64,000 nucleotides of DNA, from contig CM114271.1 of assembly GCA_050084515.1 (NCBI GenBank), positions 9,176,001 to 9,240,000 on the forward strand, given 5' to 3'. Of this stretch, positions 13,790 to 24,955 are shown in pieces. The notes beneath the pieces are model-generated. The model was not told where the DNA came from. It did not search any database and worked only from the letters and a program-made list of their open reading frames with translations. Within the stretch, counting starts at the first letter, position 1; every line of letters starts with the position of its first letter. A program made the position numbers and the translations under genes. The DNA is from Blasia pusilla (taxonomy: Eukaryota).

Positions 13790-16559
13790 ACCGGAGCTCT
13801 CGGCTTTGGTGGAGAGTTGTACGCCCCAACGAGCCTTTCGTATTCAACCTTTGCCTCCTGGCAAAAGTCAAACAGTTCCTGCCTTCCCTGGAGGCAGAGA
13901 ATGTTCTTGCCACTCTGCCAGGCGCCTTTGATACTCGCCCCTGAAAGTCCCACTAAGTCGAACACCAAGTCACCCGGCCTTGAGCAGAGCTCGATGAGCG
14001 TTTGCATAAGGGCTGGCGACTTTTCCCTTCCTCCCAAAAGTGGGGTACTGTCTTGCATGTAAATTCCCGGGGGGGAATTGTACAAACTATCTAAGCTGTA
14101 TCCATCTGAGCATGGATCCACAGGATCATGGATCTTGAACACCTGGAAATTGTGCGCGAGCCGAACGAAGTAGTACACGTAAAGAAGCACGCTGGAAACA
14201 ATGTGAGCAACTTGGCATAATGTGCAACACGTCACCAAAGAAGTCGGCTTGACCCTAGAGAACTTTTTCAAATACTAACTTTGGATCAACCTATCGGAGT
14301 CCGGCGGGTTGTTTTTTCCCTGACCAACCCGTCGGAAGGCGACGGGTTGGTCAGGGACAAAACAACCCGTCGGGCTCTCCGTTGTTTTTGTCCATGAGCA
14401 ACCCATCGGAAGACGACGGGTTGCTGGCCTAGAGTAGCCCATGCTCGGCTGAGAGCAACCCGTCGCTTTCTGACGGGTTGCAGCTTTCCGGAAACACAGG
14501 GAAAAACCAAAAGCAACTGCAACCCGTCGGGTTCCGACGGGTTGTAGGTACACCACGGTTTTCCCTGTGTTTCTGGGAAAGATGCAACCCATCGGAAACC
14601 GACGGGTTGCTCTCAGCCGAGCATGGGCTGGTCTAAGCGAGCAACCCGTCGTCTTCCGACGGGTCGCTCACGGACAAAAACAACGGAGATATACTATCTG
14701 AAATTAACACTCATTGAGGCTTACCCAAATTTGAAAATATATTTGATATTATACTACAGGAATTGAGCCTTACCCGAATCTTACTCGTCGCGGATCGGAG
14801 TGGGTACTCGTTTTTTATGATCCATGATTGCACCGTCCTCCACTTTAGCGACCTCTTGACGCACTGGAGGTTGAAGAGCTCGTCCTTGCTCCCTCCAGTC
14901 AATACCAAGAAGCAGCCCCTGTCACTCAGATAGGCGTCTGCAAAGGAGAACAATAGTGCGATTTTGTCATAAGAGAGCGGCACATTCCACTCAGGTACCC
15001 CGTCCGAAGGATTCTCGCCCCATAGTCGCAACCCCGAGGGCAGATCAACGATCAAGAGATCCACCGCAACCTCTTCGACCACTCCATTTACCGTCCAGGC
15101 AGCGTGCACGTTTCGTTGGAGCTTCCATCCCAGCGTTGTCAATTTATCAATGGCTGGTGTCGACGCTTGAGAACTGAAGCTTTTCAGCTCATCCAGTAAA
15201 GGAGTGAACTGAAGGAGGACGCTTGTCCGGGTCATTGTTTGTCTGTGTCTTCCCAAGGATGATGGACAGTATTCTCCTTGTGACAACCCTTGCACCTCTC
15301 GCTTCCGCTTCTCCTGAGTCTGCGGACGGCTTGTCGGGGTCTCTATGACCTCAGACTCTGGTGGGGTTTTCTTCGCCAAGGACCTGGTCCGACCCTCTCT
15401 CCCCGCTCGGCCGGACGATTCCGCCTCTGGCCTTGAATCTTCAGCCTCTCTTTGGGAAGACTCGGCCTCGGAATTTTTCCCTCCCCTCGCCTTGCCTTTG
15501 AGACCCGCTGTGGATTTTTCTTTGGCTGTGCGGACCTTGGAAGCCAACTCAGCTGTCTCGTGGGCTTGCTCTTCCGCATCTCCTCCGAAGAAGTCTTTAG
15601 GCTGCACAAAATTGGGGATGTTGTCTTGTCTTGAGGCCACTACATCATGAAGCACTCGTAAATCCTTATCGATGATGTCTTCAGGGTCGTTGAAGTCAAG
15701 CCAAATGGGGCAATTCTCCACCTCCCAATTGGACATGTGCTGCCCCATCTCCATGTCGTACATGGAGAATGTCTCTCCATCAGGCGGCAAAGCCCACAAT
15801 TTCAAGGCAGCCGGTAATTTTCCCCAAGTACCTGCATTCTTACATTGGACGAGGTACCTGAAGACCATCCATTTGGGCGACTTTTACTCGAATCAATCGG
15901 TCGAAATCGCTCCTGTAGATCTCGCTTCTTCTTTGCTTGATCCCGTTTGTTCCCCTCGATTTCTTCATCAAGCTCTGCCTAAGGGAGGACGCAAACCTTG
16001 AACATTGTCTTGAATCTTGGGTTTTTTATTGGCTTGTCTCGGATGTCGTCAAGCCAAACCTCGAAATCTACAGAACTTTCCAGGTTTGCTTCATCTGGAA
16101 TAGGCTCTAATCTTTTGAGCTCCGCTTGCAGACCGTCCAGCACGGACTTCTTGATAACCCGCAATGCATCCCCGAACGACCATTCGCGTAGCCAGTGGGA
16201 GATCATTGGATCGGACACACCCCGAGGATGGTGTGCCGCCCTCTTTAGGGCCTCTGTGCCCTCGAGACTGATTTTCATCAGTTAAATCCTCCTAGACTCG
16301 CTTATGCTGGACAACGCAAACCGATGCACGCAATCCAGGGACACTTTCTCCCCAATCCGACCTTGCGGATCTTCATCCCTTTTCCGCTGGCGCTTGATAA
16401 TTGCCTTCAGCTCCTTGTAAAACTCCGGACCAAGTTCGGGGTTGAGAATGCTGATATATCGCTGCATCTTGCTCGCCCTGTATTTCGTGGCTGCAGATAC
16501 TGCAGCTTAGATGAATTTTGCGCGCTCAGACCCAAATACTTTCTCCCTCCGCTCTAGCT
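13790..16559 (-). pseudogene. 3' part of the MULE cargo gene (amino-MTase-like domain), copy B, inverted relative to copy A
   Basis: ORF 14711-15868 (VDLLIVDLPSG...AYLSDRGCFLV) and ORF 13747-14271 (EKSPALMQTLIELCSRPGDLVFDLVGLSGASIKGAWQSGKNILCL), separated by a palindrome-rich intron. Confidence 0.8.
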
Positions 16560-16962
16560 GAGGAGCGGTAAGAGAAGAGGAAGAGAGGAAGAGAGGAGAG
16601 AGGAGAGAGGAAACTAGGGTCAACCGAAATTGATACTCTTTTTTGAAGAGAGTTTCCGTCGGGTTGAAGAGAGGAAAATTTTGGTTTGAAATTTTTTGCA
16701 CTTTTTTGTTCATATATTAAGCAATCCCACAGTTTTTTTTTCCTCTTCCATATTTTGGCAACCCCTCTGAGTCCGACGAGTTGCAAATTGCACAAATTTT
16801 AGAAAACTGAAAAATCAGTGGAATCATAAGTGTGGAACCAATCACTTTTTCCATCCAAGGTCTTGAAATAATCTGTCATTTTCCCGGGGCTGAATAGAGT
16901 TCAAGCTCGAAGTGAAGGTTGAGAAAAAAATAAAAGTACAATCTAAAACCTCCTTTGCATCC

Positions 16963-19785
16963 TTAAAGTGGTTTGTTTAAAATACTTCGCACTTCTTTGA
17001 GGGACAGACTTGGTTGGTGGATTCCTACTCCTACCTCCGACTCTCTTAAAACTACCAGCAACACATAGTACATGTGCTTACAAGGGAAATACCTTTTGCC
17101 ACTTGTCTCTCTTTGGACAAAGTCATCACATGAACATGTGGGAAAGCAACAGATGTGCACCACATACACCCCTGTGACACTTGAATTTCTGATGTTGTTC
17201 GACCCAATACATCCTTCCTATTCCATTGCCACTCAAGACATCTTTTGTGGCGATGATCTCCATTTTTGCCTCCCAGTGCTTTGCATTCGCTTTGCTCTCT
17301 CCACCGTTGGCCTGCACATTTTGTTTCTCTTCACCCCATTTCTAGACTCAAACAGAAATAATGGATTGAGATCATCCACCTTCTCCGGGTACATGTTGAC
17401 ATCAATCTTAGGTTGAATAAAAAATGCGAAGGTCTATGTAATGCGAACATGCTCCGAACTTCCCCCGTCTACGAGTCTGAAACCGACACTTGTAAGATTG
17501 TCCACTTCGTCTTGAGTGCAGTTCGTGCCTGCGGCGATGGGCCAAATCGTGGGGGTATTCCTGGGAGCTCCAATGGCAGCCGGATAAGACTTCCGGAAAG
17601 CGCAAGATTCATTTGGGTAGAAGAAGTACTTCAATTGATCCCCGGTCCTCGTGAAACGATCAAAGGTTTTGAGTCCCCAAAACCCACGCAGAGGTCGTCC
17701 AGTCCTTGTACAGTTCTTATTTAGGAAAGTGCCGCATGCTCTCCTAATGCCATCAGATCCTGCCCTGCAGGTGGGTCCACATCCTGGGTTGCTCCGAGAT
17801 ATATGCCACCGTTTTAGGTTGCAATCCACCTCCATAACCGAATCCCATATTGTTGAACCACCCCAGTGACAGGATGTTGCAAACTTCCAGCAACGGAGGG
17901 CTTTTGAAATAAAACATTCACTGATTTTGGAGAAGTAACTCCATCACGGATTTGGGACGAGTCCGGGGTCCCCGAATACCTGGGCGGTGTAATTTCCTCA
18001 TCCAAATCATTCACCGGATTCGTTCCTCGATGCTGCCTCTTCACCTGCCTGAAGTCAAGATACTTATCTGGTCTCCACAAGTCTCGTTCGGATTGCTCTA
18101 CCACCATCTGTATGGGACCTCTTGAAACCCGCCCACGAATATCCCCACCTATGTGTACGTCTTGCTCGAGTGGAGTTCCAGCTACGCACCGGTTGAAGGC
18201 TTCGACATATAATTTTTCATCACCAGATCTCACAGCCGCCCTGACATAGAGCTCGTAGATCGACGGCCCCTTTCCTTTTGTTATGCATTTTGTGAGAAAG
18301 ATATGGGATGTTGCAGACTCTAGCATTGCTGTTGCTTGGTCTTGTTGGCATGCCTCCACAAGTGAAATTCGTTGGCATGCTTGTGACGACCTCCAAGAGG
18401 AATGAACACTTTCTACTCCACTTGTGTTGGGGCAGAGGGCATTTTCATGAACGTTCAATCCCTGCAACCACGGCAATGTTAGAAGGGAACGAAAGTAACT
18501 CAAGAGTCAAAGAAATAAGCGACCTATCGGAACCAGACGGGTTGCAGGCCCGAGGCATCCCATGAACGACTCTCCGACCCGTTTGGTCCCGACGTGTTGT
18601 AACCTTAAACCCACCTACTGCAACCCGTCGGAACCCGACGGGTTGCAAGGCCGAGGCATCCCATGAACGACTCTGTGACCCGTCGGGTCCCAATGGGTTG
18701 CACACTCGCGTTGCACCAAACATCTGGATGCAACCCATCGGTTTCCGTCGGGTTGCACACTCGGGCAACCCGTCGCATCCGACAGCTTGCTTGGTTTCTT
18801 GGGTTTGAAATCCATATAATTCCACCGCTTCTCACCGTGAGCTACAACTTTACAAATAATTCTCAGCGTGAGCTTGACAAGACAAAATAGTGAACTCACC
18901 TGCCGCATGAAGTTTCCCCATTGTCTCATACGCATCTGATCCACGAATCAACCAAGAGCACAACTCTTTGTACTTCCCTCAATCGCATGTCGCCTCCACC
19001 ACCCATGAAGTTCTTCTGGCATTCCATGGCCTGCTTCAAGGTTTTGTTGTCCTTGCAGCGTTGGAGTAGAGTGACATGCTCTGTCCTCTTATTCTCCTTT
19101 ATGCAAGATTTGGTGTACCGGGTCACAGACTGTTGCCAATGGAAAGCATCCAACCTTTCCCTCTCCTGTTGAACCTCTCCACCCCATAACACTTCCCGGA
19201 TAGCAATCCACCCAGGTTGTGCATTGTCCGCCATGAACCCATAAATTTCCGGAGGTGGCCTTTTGTTTTCCTTCACCACCTCCAATAAGAGTAACCAGCA
19301 CATCTTCAAACTGCCAACGTCTTCTGCCTTTACTTCACAGACAAATCTAGTTTTGAGTCCCTTCTCCATATGGTCATCAAGGTGAGCACCCATCGTCAAC
19401 CATCTATTCAGCACTCTGTAGCAAATATCAAAGCTTACCCAGCTGCCGTAAAGATCTTCCCCTTCCCTTATTCGATCTATAAGATTGAGGCCACTCGACG
19501 GACCTGTGGTTGACATTTTGAAGACATAGGCCCTGGATCCCTCGCCTCCTTGGCCCATGAACTGCCATCTCTGAATGAATGGAAATCTGGAGTTGGCCTT
19601 GATTCTGGCGATGGCATCCATTTCGGCCGTCTTTCCATCCAGAACTCGTATCTGACGCAACAAATTCCGGAAGCATTCAGGATCAGCGAGAAATGCGAGA
19701 TTTTCCTAGAGTTGTTTCTCCTCAACCGCCGTGATCTCGCCCTGTCCAGGGATTCCAAGAAATTGTTCACAAATTTGTGATGCCG
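16963..19785 (-). pseudogene. MULE transposase, 5'-truncated (DDE core and SWIM finger)
   Basis: VSFDICY, FMADNA, DAFHW, PNTSGVESVH and C-terminal CSCDDF...PCKHM. One palindrome-rich intron at ~18461-18899. Confidence 0.85.
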
Positions 19786-22700
19786 GATGAGGAATCTGCA
19801 TTTCTTCATCTGGGATGGAAATCACAGGTTCATGGCGGAGACCAAGTTTGCGGAGGAGCGGCCCAACTCATTGGAGGCACATTTTTGCGTGAAGGCAGTG
19901 GTCCTTCACCCATTCCCTCATCACATGGCGACGGTGGAGATGGCAATGCATGCCATGAACATGTGAGTATCTTTAACACTTACGCAACTCGTCGGACTCC
20001 GACGAGTTGCTCGATTGATGAATGGGTTAGGTTTTTTTTTGCCGAAAGAAACTCGTCGGACTGCGACGGGTTGCTCGACTCGATGCTTTTTCGGATATTT
20101 TTTTAAGAATGCAACTCGGTCGGACTCCGACGAGTTGTTTGATTGACCACAAATTTAATTAGTTTTTGGCCCAAAGCAAACCGTCGAAGTCCGACGGGTT
20201 GCTCGACTCGCCGCCTTGTCAGGATGTTTTTTGAAGAATGCAACTCGTCGAACTCCGACGAGTTATTCGATTGACCGCAGGTTTAGTATGTTTTTTGCCC
20301 AACGCAACCCGTCGGAGTCCGACGGGTTGCTTGCCTCGAAACTGTTTTTGGCCGAAATCAACTCGTCGGAGTCCGACGGGTTGCATTCGGAAGTTGGTTC
20401 CCCAAATTTTGCATCAAATTGCAAGTTTCCATTCAATTGCGCAACCTGTCGGACTCCGACAGGTTGCTATGTTTACATAAGTATGTTCAGTTGCACAACC
20501 CATCGGAGTCCGACGGGTTGAAACCAGGCATTATCAAATCTGAATGCAATCCGTCGGACTCCGACAGGTTGCATCATTTAGCTCGTTCTTAGAATCCGAC
20601 CTTGAGTTGTGACGACCCTTCGGACTCCGATGGGTTGCAGGAACCCATGTAATTTCCTGACAGGTTGAGTTTGGATGTGCAAGATTGTATCGGAGGGGAA
20701 TGTCATCCACCACTGGATCCAGGACTGCGATCGGGTGAGGAAGGTGCTTACGACGCACCCGGGAGAGTACAGGGGGTTCTTGGGCGATACCCTTGTTAAT
20801 CAGATGCTTGCAAAGGGTGTTTAGATTAAAAAGAAAACTTGGGCAAATAAGTTTATTTCCCAAGATGCAGCCGTAACCATCCTTTGCTGGTCGAAGATAC
20901 AGGCCACGAAGAAGAGCGCTGCACTGGAGCTGCAGCGGAGGGAGAAGGTATCTGCGTCTGAGCGCGTGAAATTCATCCAAGCAGCAATATCTGTAGCAAC
21001 GAAATACACGGCGAGCAAGATGCAGCGATACATCAGCATTCTCAACCCCGAACTTGGTCCGAAGTTCTACAAGGAGCTGAAGGCGATTATCAAGCGCCAG
21101 CGGAAGAGGGATGAAGATCCGCATGGTCGGATTGGGGAGAAAGTGTCCCTGGATGGCGTGCATTGGTTTGCGTTGTCCGGCATAAGCGAGTTTAGGAGGA
21201 TCCGACTGATGAAAATCAGTCTCGAGGGCACAGAGGCCCAGAAGAGGGCGGCACACCATCCTCCGGGTGTGTCCGATCCAGTGATCTCCCACTGGCTACG
21301 CGAATGGTCGTTCTGGGACGCGTTGCGGTTATCGTGAAGTCCGTCTTTGGACGGATGCAAAGCGAGCTCGAAGATTAGAGCCCAACCCGGATGAAGCAAA
21401 CCTTGAAAGCTCTGGAGATTTCGAGGTTTGGCTCGACGACATCCGAGACAAGCCAACCAAAAACCCAGGATTCAAGACAATGTTCAAGGTTTGCGTCCTC
21501 CCTCAGGCAGAGCTTGACGAAGAAGTAGAGGGGAACAAACGGGATCAAGCAAAGAAGAAGCGAGATCTGCAGGAGCAGACGGCCGATTCTGTTCGACAAA
21601 AAGCTGCCCAACGGATGGTCTTCAGGTACCTCGTCCAGTGTAAGAATGCAGGTACGTGGGGAAAATTACCGGCAGCCTTGAAATTGTGGGCTTCATCGCT
21701 GGATGCAGAGACATTCTCCATGTATGACATGGAGATGGGGCAGCACATGTCCGATTGGGAGGTGGAGAATTGTCCCATTTGGCTCGACTTCAACGACCCT
21801 GAAAACATCACCGATAAGGATTTACGAGTGCTTCATGATGCAGTGGCCTCAGGACAAGACGACATCCCCAATTTCGTGCAGCCTGAAGACTTCTTCGGAG
21901 CAGATGCAGAAGAGCAAGCCCACGAGATAGCTGAGTTGGCTTCCAAGGTCCGCACAACCAAAGACAAATCCACAACGGGTCTCAAAGGCAAGGCGAGGGG
22001 AGGAAAAAATTCCGAGGCCGAGTCTTCCCAAAGAGAGGTCAAGATTCAAGGCCGAGGCGGAATCGTTCGAGCGGCGAAAGGGAGAGAGGGTCGGACCAGG
22101 TCCTCGGCAAAAAAAACCCCACCAGAGTCTGAGGTCATAGAGACCCCGACAAGCCGTCCGCAGACTCGGGAGAAGCGGAAGCGAGAGGTGCCAGGGTTGT
22201 CCCAAGGAGAATACAGTCCATTATCCTTGGGAAGACACAGACAAACAACGACGCGGACAAGCGTCCTCCTTCAGTTCACTCCTTTACTAGATGAGCTGAA
22301 GAGCTACAATTCTCAAGCGTCGACACCAACCATCGATAAATTGACAACGCTGGGATGGAAGCTCCAACGAAACGGGCACGCTGCCTGGACGGTGAATGGA
22401 GTGGTCGAAGAGGTTGCGGTGGATCTCTTTATCGCTGATCTGCCCTCGGGGTTGCGACTTTGGGGCGAGAATCCGTCGGACGAGGTACCTGAGTGGAATG
22501 TGCCGCTCTCTTATAACCAAATTGCGCTATTGTTCTCCTTTGCAGACGCCTATCTGAATGACAGGGGCTGCTTCTTGGTGTTGACTGGAGGGAGCAAGGA
22601 CGAGCTCTTCAACCTCCAGTGCGTGAAGAGGTCGCTAAAGTGGAGGACGGCGCAATCGTGGATCATAAAAAATGAGTACCCACTCCGATCCGCGACGAGT

Positions 22701-23752
22701 AAGATTCGGGTAAGGCTCAATTCCTGTACTATAATCTCAATTATATTTTAATGATGTATATAATGAGTGTTTATCTCCGTTGAGTGAGTATAATGAGTGT
22801 CAATCTCCGTTTTTTTTGTCCGTGAGCAACCCGTCGGAAGGCGACGGGTTGCAGGCTTAGAGCAGCCCATGCTCGGCTGAGAGCAGCCCATCGGTTTCCG
22901 ACGGGTTGCATCTTTCCCACATACACAGGGAAAACAATGGTGTACCTGCAACCCGTCGAGACCCGACGGGTTGCACTTGCTTTTGGTTTTTCCCTGTGTT
23001 TCGAAAAGTCGCAACCCGCCTCGATAGCGACGGTTGCTCTCAGCGAGCATGGGTCGCCTAAAAACAACCCGTCGCCTTCCGACGGGTTGCTCACGGACAA
23101 TAACAACGGAGCCCGACGGGTTGGTCCGGGACAAAACAACCCGTCGGACTCCGACAGGTTGATCCAAAGTTAGTAATTGAAAATTTTCTTAAGCCGACTT
23201 CTTTAGTTGCTGACATTGTTTCCAACGTGCTTATTTACAGATGGACCACTCCTACGTCTACTTCTTCGTTCGGCCTGAGCACAATTTCGAGGTGTTCAAG
23301 ATCCAGGATCCTGTGGATCCATGCTCATATGGGTACAGCTTAGATAGTTTGTACAATCCCCCCCGGGAATTTACATGCAAGACAGTACCCCACTTCTGGG
23401 AGGAAGGGAAAAGTTGCCAGCCTTGATGCAAACGCTCATCGAGCTCTGATCAAGGCCGGGTGACTTGGTGTTCGACTTAGTGGGACTTTCAGGGGCAAGT
23501 ATCAAAGGCGCATGGCAGAGTGGCAGGAACATTCTTTGCCTCGAGGGAAGGCATGAACTCTTTGACCTTTGCAAGGAGGCAAAGGCAGAATACGAAAGGC
23601 TCGTTGGGGCGTACAACCATCCACCAAAGCCGAGAGCTCCGGTTCCAGACCCACCCTTGATAGTGACTCCATCGTCACTTCCAACGATTCCAAAAATCGG
23701 GAGGGCAAGGCCGAAAGTAATTTTGCAAGAGCTCTCGGACGATGACAAGTGA
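19785..23752 (+). pseudogene. ParB-like + amino-MTase-like cargo gene, copy C (longest contiguous stretch, 5'-truncated)
   Basis: Exon fragment with WDGNHRF to 19962; intron 19963-~20682; long exon to 22709; intron 22710-23240; last exon 23241-23752. Splice phases give continuous frames apart from scattered lesions. Confidence 0.8.
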
Positions 23753-24955
23753 GTTCAAAGAACTCAATGACCCAGCTTGATTGCAACGTTTGGAGTAGGG
23801 AGTTTTTTGATGATGAGGCAAAAGATTTCATAGAATAGATCAAATGTATAGCTACAAGCTTTTTTCGGATGATATAAAGCAGAAGATTTTTTCGAACGAT
23901 GGTGGTGCTTGTAAAAGTTTGCTGAAAATTTTTTGTCTTTTCGAATGTGATCGTCTATGTACTCCGCGGACTTCTATTTTGCAACCCGTCGGATTTCTCT
24001 TGCTTGCAACTTTTCACTTTTTGACCACTGCAACCCGTCCGATTTCTCCTGCTTGCAACTTTTCACTTTTTGACCACTGCACCTTTTTACCACTTCCAGG
24101 CAACCTGTCAGATTCCGACAGGTTGCCTGATCGGACTCTTTCCCTGTTGGTCCAACTTAAGAGGCAGTCTGGCGAGCTTCTTCCCTTGGCACCCTCCCCT
24201 CAACTCGTAAAGGCAGGCGTAGGCTTCTTTTCTTCTCTCAGACGTGTTGGATTCCTACTACCTGTGCAATTGCCATAATGGTATTACCGGGGACGGAGCA
24301 CATATTGATACTGGATGGGTGTCACATTGAAGAGCGTATAAGGTATACTGCCGAGGAAGGCGGTGGGACTCAAATCAGGTTACATGGGACCGTTATGGTG
24401 TACCTAGGGGGGGCCAAGGTTCTCGTATTCGCCAACATTTTCGATCCCCGTCTACAATCGGCCAGAGGAGCCACTTGTATCCCAGGACATTCCTTTGGTA
24501 CTGTCACCGAGGAAAGTTAGGAGTAAATTTGGAGGTGCGGTAAGACGAGAGGAAGAGAGGAAGAGAGGAGAGAGGAGAGAGGAGAGAGGAAGAGAGGAGA
24601 GAGGAGAGAGGAAACTACCTTCAACCGAAATAGATAATTTTTTTTGAAGAGAGTTTCCGTTGGGTTGAAGAGAGGAAACTTTTTGTGTGAATATTTTTGC
24701 ACTGTTTTGTTCATTTATTAAACAATCCCACAGCTTTTTTTTCCTCTTCCATATTTTGGCAACCCCTGTGAGTCCGACGAGTTGCAAATTGCACAAAATT
24801 TTTGCAAATTGCACAAAAAAAAGTGTGGAACCAATCACTTTTTCCATCCAAGGTATGGAAAAAATCTATCATTTGCCCCGGGCTGAATAGAGTTCAAGCT
24901 CAAAGTGAAGGTTGAGGAAAAATAAAAGTACAATCTAAAACCTCATTTTGCATCC

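Noticed and set aside
19984-20640. Palindrome clusters as a CRISPR array
   Set aside because: The repeats are degenerate, spacing is irregular, the intervening DNA is shared between element copies, no cas genes are present, and the clusters lie in spliceosomal introns.
19785-23752. Bacterial contamination or a prophage as the source of ParB-MTase
   Set aside because: The gene has GT-AG introns with consistent phase and lies inside a TSD-bounded eukaryotic transposon nested with Gypsy elements.
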